A stretch of 49,298 bases of DNA from Octopus bimaculoides (taxonomy: Eukaryota): positions 29,105,320-29,154,617 of the forward strand of contig NC_068998.1 of NCBI RefSeq assembly GCF_001194135.2. Reading direction: 5' to 3'. How positions within the stretch are numbered: the stretch's first letter is position 1; every line of letters starts with the position of its first letter. The notes beneath the pieces are model-generated. The model saw only the letters and a program-made list of their open reading frames with translations. It made no database searches and was not told the DNA's origin. The position numbers and the translations under genes are program-made. Positions 45,050 to 49,298 of the stretch are shown here, one piece after another.

Positions 45050-46492
45050 TTATTCAAATTTTTATACTTTCGACATATGTTTCAAAGAAAACATTGGTAT
45101 TATTCCAGAAGGAATAAAATGATGTAAAACAATGCAATCTTCTCACCAGGGATAAAAAGAGAAACAAAATGCATCAATAAGACATTTTAACCAAATATGA
45201 TTACTGCATACATGAAGGGAATGCTGGTAAGTTATTTTTTTAAAAAAATGTTAATAGATATAACGTCAAAGGCAATTTATAGAAAGAGAAGGAGGAGGGA
45301 GAAAGAAATTAGCAAAAAACTAAAAGTGGAGAAATATAGTGCAATAATGAATAGGAATAAAGATTAAAAGTGTGGAAATAGATATATTTAGTGGAAGTGA
45401 AATGTAAAATGACAGTTATAGATCGAATTTTATAGACTGGTAGAAATCACTTATAGGAACTAAAGGTATGTTTGTGCCAATGTTTGCAACGATAAACGTG
45501 TTCTTTAAACATGTTTACAACAGTATTCTCTGTTCATTGTTACAGAGCAAACAAAAAGATTTCCCTTTATCATAAGGAAAGGATATAGATAGAATATTTA
45601 TTCCAAATCAAATTGTCTATTATGTTCCTTTAAAAACCAAATTAATTTACTAAGCCCAGTATTGTTATGTTTATTGATATGTCTAAATGTAGAGTAACAG
45701 TTAGATATTGTTTTTGACAACTGAGATGAAGAACTACCGATGTAAAAACAGACATCAGAACCGGAAGTAATTTTACATTGATAAATAGAGTTTCTAATCT
45801 TAGAAATGAATGCGATTCGAATTTATATCAGAAATACTATTATTGTTGCTCTTATTATTCAAAGAATGGCTAGTGTCAATAATATCAATGTTATTATTTT
45901 CATTAAGTGGATTTGTATCTAACAACTTATTGTTATGTGAAGAGATGATTTGTGAAAGGTTTTTGGTGTTTGAAAACACTATCCTGATTTGGTGTGAATT
46001 TATAATGGAATAGTATCTTGAATTTTTTGGGAAGTTCTTATCTATAGCTTGATGAAACTGGTAAGAGAGGTTGGATTTGATCTGCTTACCATATGGAATT
46101 ATCAACCAAACAGCTTTACTAGGACATACCTTGTTATTAGGGTAATTATCTTGAAAAGTCCTAGATTTACCTTTATAACGTAAAAAGAGACTTAAAGGAT
46201 AGGTATCACCCTTACACTGCAGAAATACATTACTTGATTTAGTGTTGTTATTCAAACAAAAATTTATATTGTTATTAACATTATGACTTGATTTCATGTC
46301 CTGATTAACAGAGGTAGAATTAATGTTAATAGGGCTATTATAGGTAATTTTTTCTTTCTAAGTAAGGCAGAGTTATAAAATTCAGCTTTATCGTTGAAGA
46401 TATCAACATTGGCAGAAAATCTAGAAAGTCTAAGTGAAATATTCCTAACTCAGTTCCTTGTAATAGCCTTAAAATGATTACTGAAAGAGTTA
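45050..46492 (-). mobile_element. Penelope-like relic: RT thumb, linker, GIY-YIG and 3' region with decayed hammerhead
   Basis: SNHFKAITRN*VRNISLRLSRFSANVDIFNDKAEFYNSAL; KAVWLIIPYGKQIKSNL...IDKNFP...IRIVFSNTKNLSQIISSHNNKLL; SIYQCKITSGSDVCFYIGSS...GLSKLIWFLKE...FCLLCNNEQRIL. Truncated by the RTE insertion at 46493. Confidence 0.88.
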
Positions 46493-47274
46493 ATCATCAT
46501 CGTTTAACGTCTGTTTTCCATGCTGGCATGGGTTGGACGAGTTGACTGAGGACTGGCGAACCAGAGGTTGCACCAAGCTCCAATCTGATCTGGCAGAGTT
46601 TCTACAGCTGGATGCCCTTTCTAATGCCAATCACTCCGAGAATGTAGTGGGTGCTTTTATGTGCCATCAGCACGAGGGCCAGTCAGGTGATACTGGCAAT
46701 GGCCATGCTTAAATGGTGTTTTTTACATGCCATCTGCACAGGAGCCAGTCTAGCGGTACTGGCAACTACCTAGCTCAAATATTTTTTCACATACCACCAG
46801 CCCAAGTGCCAGTAAGGTGACACTGATAATGATCACACTCAAATGGTGCTTTTTACGTGCCACTGGCACAGAAGCCAGTCAGCTGCTCTGGCAAGGATCA
46901 CACTCGGATGGTGCTCTTAGCACTCCACTAGCAAGGATGCCAGTCATCGAATTTGATTTCGATTTCACTTGCCTCAGAAGGTCTTTGCAAGCAGAGTTTA
47001 GTGTCCAACGAAAGAAAGGTACGCATAAGTGGGCTGGTTACACCCCTGGCATAGACCATGGGTCTCACCTGGCTTGCTGGATCTTCTCAAGCACAGCATA
47101 TTTCCAAAGGTCTTGGTCACTAGTCATTGCCTCGGTGAGGCCTAATGTTCGAAGGTTGTGCTTCACCACCTCATCCCAGGTGTTCCTGAGTCTACCTTTT
47201 CCACAGGTTCCCTCAACCGCTAGAGTGTGGCACTTTTTCACACAGCTATCTTCATAAATTCTCATCATGCACAC
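46493..47274 (-). mobile_element. RTE-clade LINE 3' fragment with full 3' UTR and (GAT)n tail
   Basis: VKKCHTLAVEGTCGKGRLRNTWDEVVKHNLRTLGLTEAMTSDQDLWKYAVLEK, then the 3' UTR homologous to 20455-21060. Confidence 0.9.
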
Positions 47275-47338
47275 TGTTAATATATTTTAAATTACTTAAA
47301 GGTTTATGGTAATATATATATATATTACATATATATAT

Positions 47339-47374
<36 letters not shown>

Positions 47375-48515
47375 ATATATATATACATATACATAAGTAT
47401 ATATATATATAGGCTATATTTAGTTGAAAAACCCAAACAATGTTTATTCATAATGCAGCCTATATGAAATGCTCAATGAGCAAATGAATATGACAAGAAA
47501 TAATTTTTGCCTCTTTTTATGGAGACAAAAGAGTCTGTAAGACTGCAAAAAAAAGTGCTCAAATGAAATTGAGACAGAGATAATATATATATATATACTT
47601 ATAAATATATACATATATACATAGATATACATATATGTATATATATATAAGTTAAAAATATCATTATAAGTATAAATATATCATAAACAATTATAGAAAA
47701 ATGGAGGAGAAAAAGATGTTGCATCAAAATTAGATTTAATACAAAATAGGATTCAATACATATGCGTGTTTCTAAGGACAATACAAATATGTAAGAAAAA
47801 AATTATAATATAGTAATTATAATTAAATTTATGTATTGTCACTCTCATCAGTGTGAAGAATTTTTGGAAGGACATCAAAAAAGGTTTAATAAAATAAAGT
47901 AAATTAAAATAAGATACAATAAGGGAGAATACAAAAGGGGTAATAGGGAAAAATCAGATATTTACAAGCAAGTTGTAGAAGGAAAAAAATAACAGTCATA
48001 ATAATTGTGAGAGAGACAAAAGAGTAAAAAGGACAGCCATATCAATGTGTGTGCACGTCTATATGTGCAGTAAACTATAACATAAAAATAAGAATAAAAA
48101 TCTAAAAAATAGGTTAAAAAAACTGGTAACAGGTTGAGACAAAGTATAATGTAAACATGGCCACGTGTGTATAGCAGAATATAATGTAACAGGTGCACTA
48201 GCAGAAAAAAAACCATAGAGAGTTATACATATACATAATGAAAAACGAAAAAATATATATTATACAAGGCTAAAAGTGTTAGGCAAGACTATGTTTGAAA
48301 AAAGTTACAATATTTAATTAAAAATGTACATACAAGCAGAGGTAAAACCAAAGAGAACTTAACAAAGAAAAAAACATGTACATATATATGTATACATATG
48401 TATGCGTACATATAGGTGTGTATTTGGGTGTACATATGTTTCATGCGAGTGTGAGAGAGCATATGCATATATAACATATGCGTATTTAGATGTGTATATG
48501 AATATACTTGTGCAC

Positions 48516-48658
48516 AAATCAACCCCAGGACTTATTCTTTGTAAGCCTAGTACTTATTCTATTGGTTTCTTTTGCTGAACTGCTATATTACAGGGATGTA
48601 AACATACCAACATCGGTTGTCAAGAGATAGTGGGAGGACAAATACCAACACACAAACA
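48516..48658 (-). mobile_element. SINE family B tail fragment
   Basis: Reverse complement of 48890-49030. Confidence 0.85.
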
Positions 48659-48663
48659 CGTGC

Positions 48664-48837
48664 ATAGGTGCAGGAGTGGCTGTGTGGTAAGTAGCTTGCT
48701 TACTAGCCACATGGTTCTGGGTTCATTCCCACTGTGTGGCACCTTGGGCAAGTGTCTTCTATTATAGCCTCGGGCCGACCAAAGCCTTGTGAGAGGATTT
48801 GGTAAACGGAAACTAAAAGAAGCCCATCGTATATATG

Positions 48838-48878
<41 letters not shown>

Positions 48879-49093
48879 ATAAATATGTTTGTGTGTCCGT
48901 GTCCCCCCAACATCGCTTGACAACTGATGATAGTGTATTTAGGTCCCCGTAACTTAGCGTTTCAGCAAAAGAGACCAATAGAATAAGTACTAGGCATCCA
49001 AAGAATAAGTCCTGGGGTTGATTTGCTCGACTAAAGGTGGTGCTCCAGCATGGCCGCAATCAAATGACTGAAACAAGTAAAAGAGTAAAAGAG
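48664..49093 (+). mobile_element. tRNA-related SINE, family B, full length and well preserved
   Basis: A box TGGCTGTGTGG, B box GGGTTCATTCCC, internal (TA)(TG)n, tail ending GAAACAAGTAAAAGAG. Confidence 0.9.
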
Positions 49094-49101
49094 AATATAT
49101 A

Positions 49102-49222
49102 ACGGGCTTCTTTTCCTTTCTATCTACCAACTGCACTCACAAGGATTTGGCTAGCCTGAGGATACAGTAGAAAACACTTGCCACGCAGTAGAACTGAACC
49201 CAAAACCATGTGGTTGGGAAGT
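49102..49222 (-). mobile_element. SINE family B head fragment
   Basis: Reverse complement of 48690-48828. Confidence 0.8.
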
Positions 49223-49266
49223 ACTCTTTTTTCCACCTTGTTGCACATTTTATGTGCTTACTCCGG

Positions 49267-49298
<32 letters not shown>

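Noticed and set aside
48664-48740. tRNA gene
   Set aside because: A and B boxes are present, but no cloverleaf is evident and the sequence continues as a multi-copy SINE.

Overview
AT-rich, microsatellite-dense animal genomic DNA with two assembly gaps (25177-25950, 28973-29388). The repeat families look like Octopus/coleoid cephalopod; this is my recognition and was not checked against a database. Two convergent protein-coding genes are partly present. (1) The last four coding exons of a PDE4/dunce cAMP phosphodiesterase on the + strand (5898-6052, 8338-8460, 10323-10505, 13824-14162). (2) The terminal coding exon of an unidentified CCCH zinc-finger gene on the - strand (43340-43496). The rest is intron, UTR and intergenic DNA filled with RTE-type LINE fragments, tRNA-related SINEs, DD37D (maT) and mariner relics, hAT and Tigger-type MITEs, and at least six Penelope-like (PLE) relics. 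The most notable unexplained structure is a set of about eight hammerhead-ribozyme-like motifs linked to the PLE relics. One is fully canonical (27475-27526). One has a ~93-nt stem II domain and lies inside a ~345-bp-arm palindrome (27916-28743). A second head-to-head PLE palindrome (37497-38845) carries further copies. Tandem hairpin-type repeats also occur in the presumptive PDE4 3' UTR. All alignments, translations outside the ORF track and RNA folds were done by eye; repeat boundaries are approximate (tens of bp) unless TIRs/TSDs are given.
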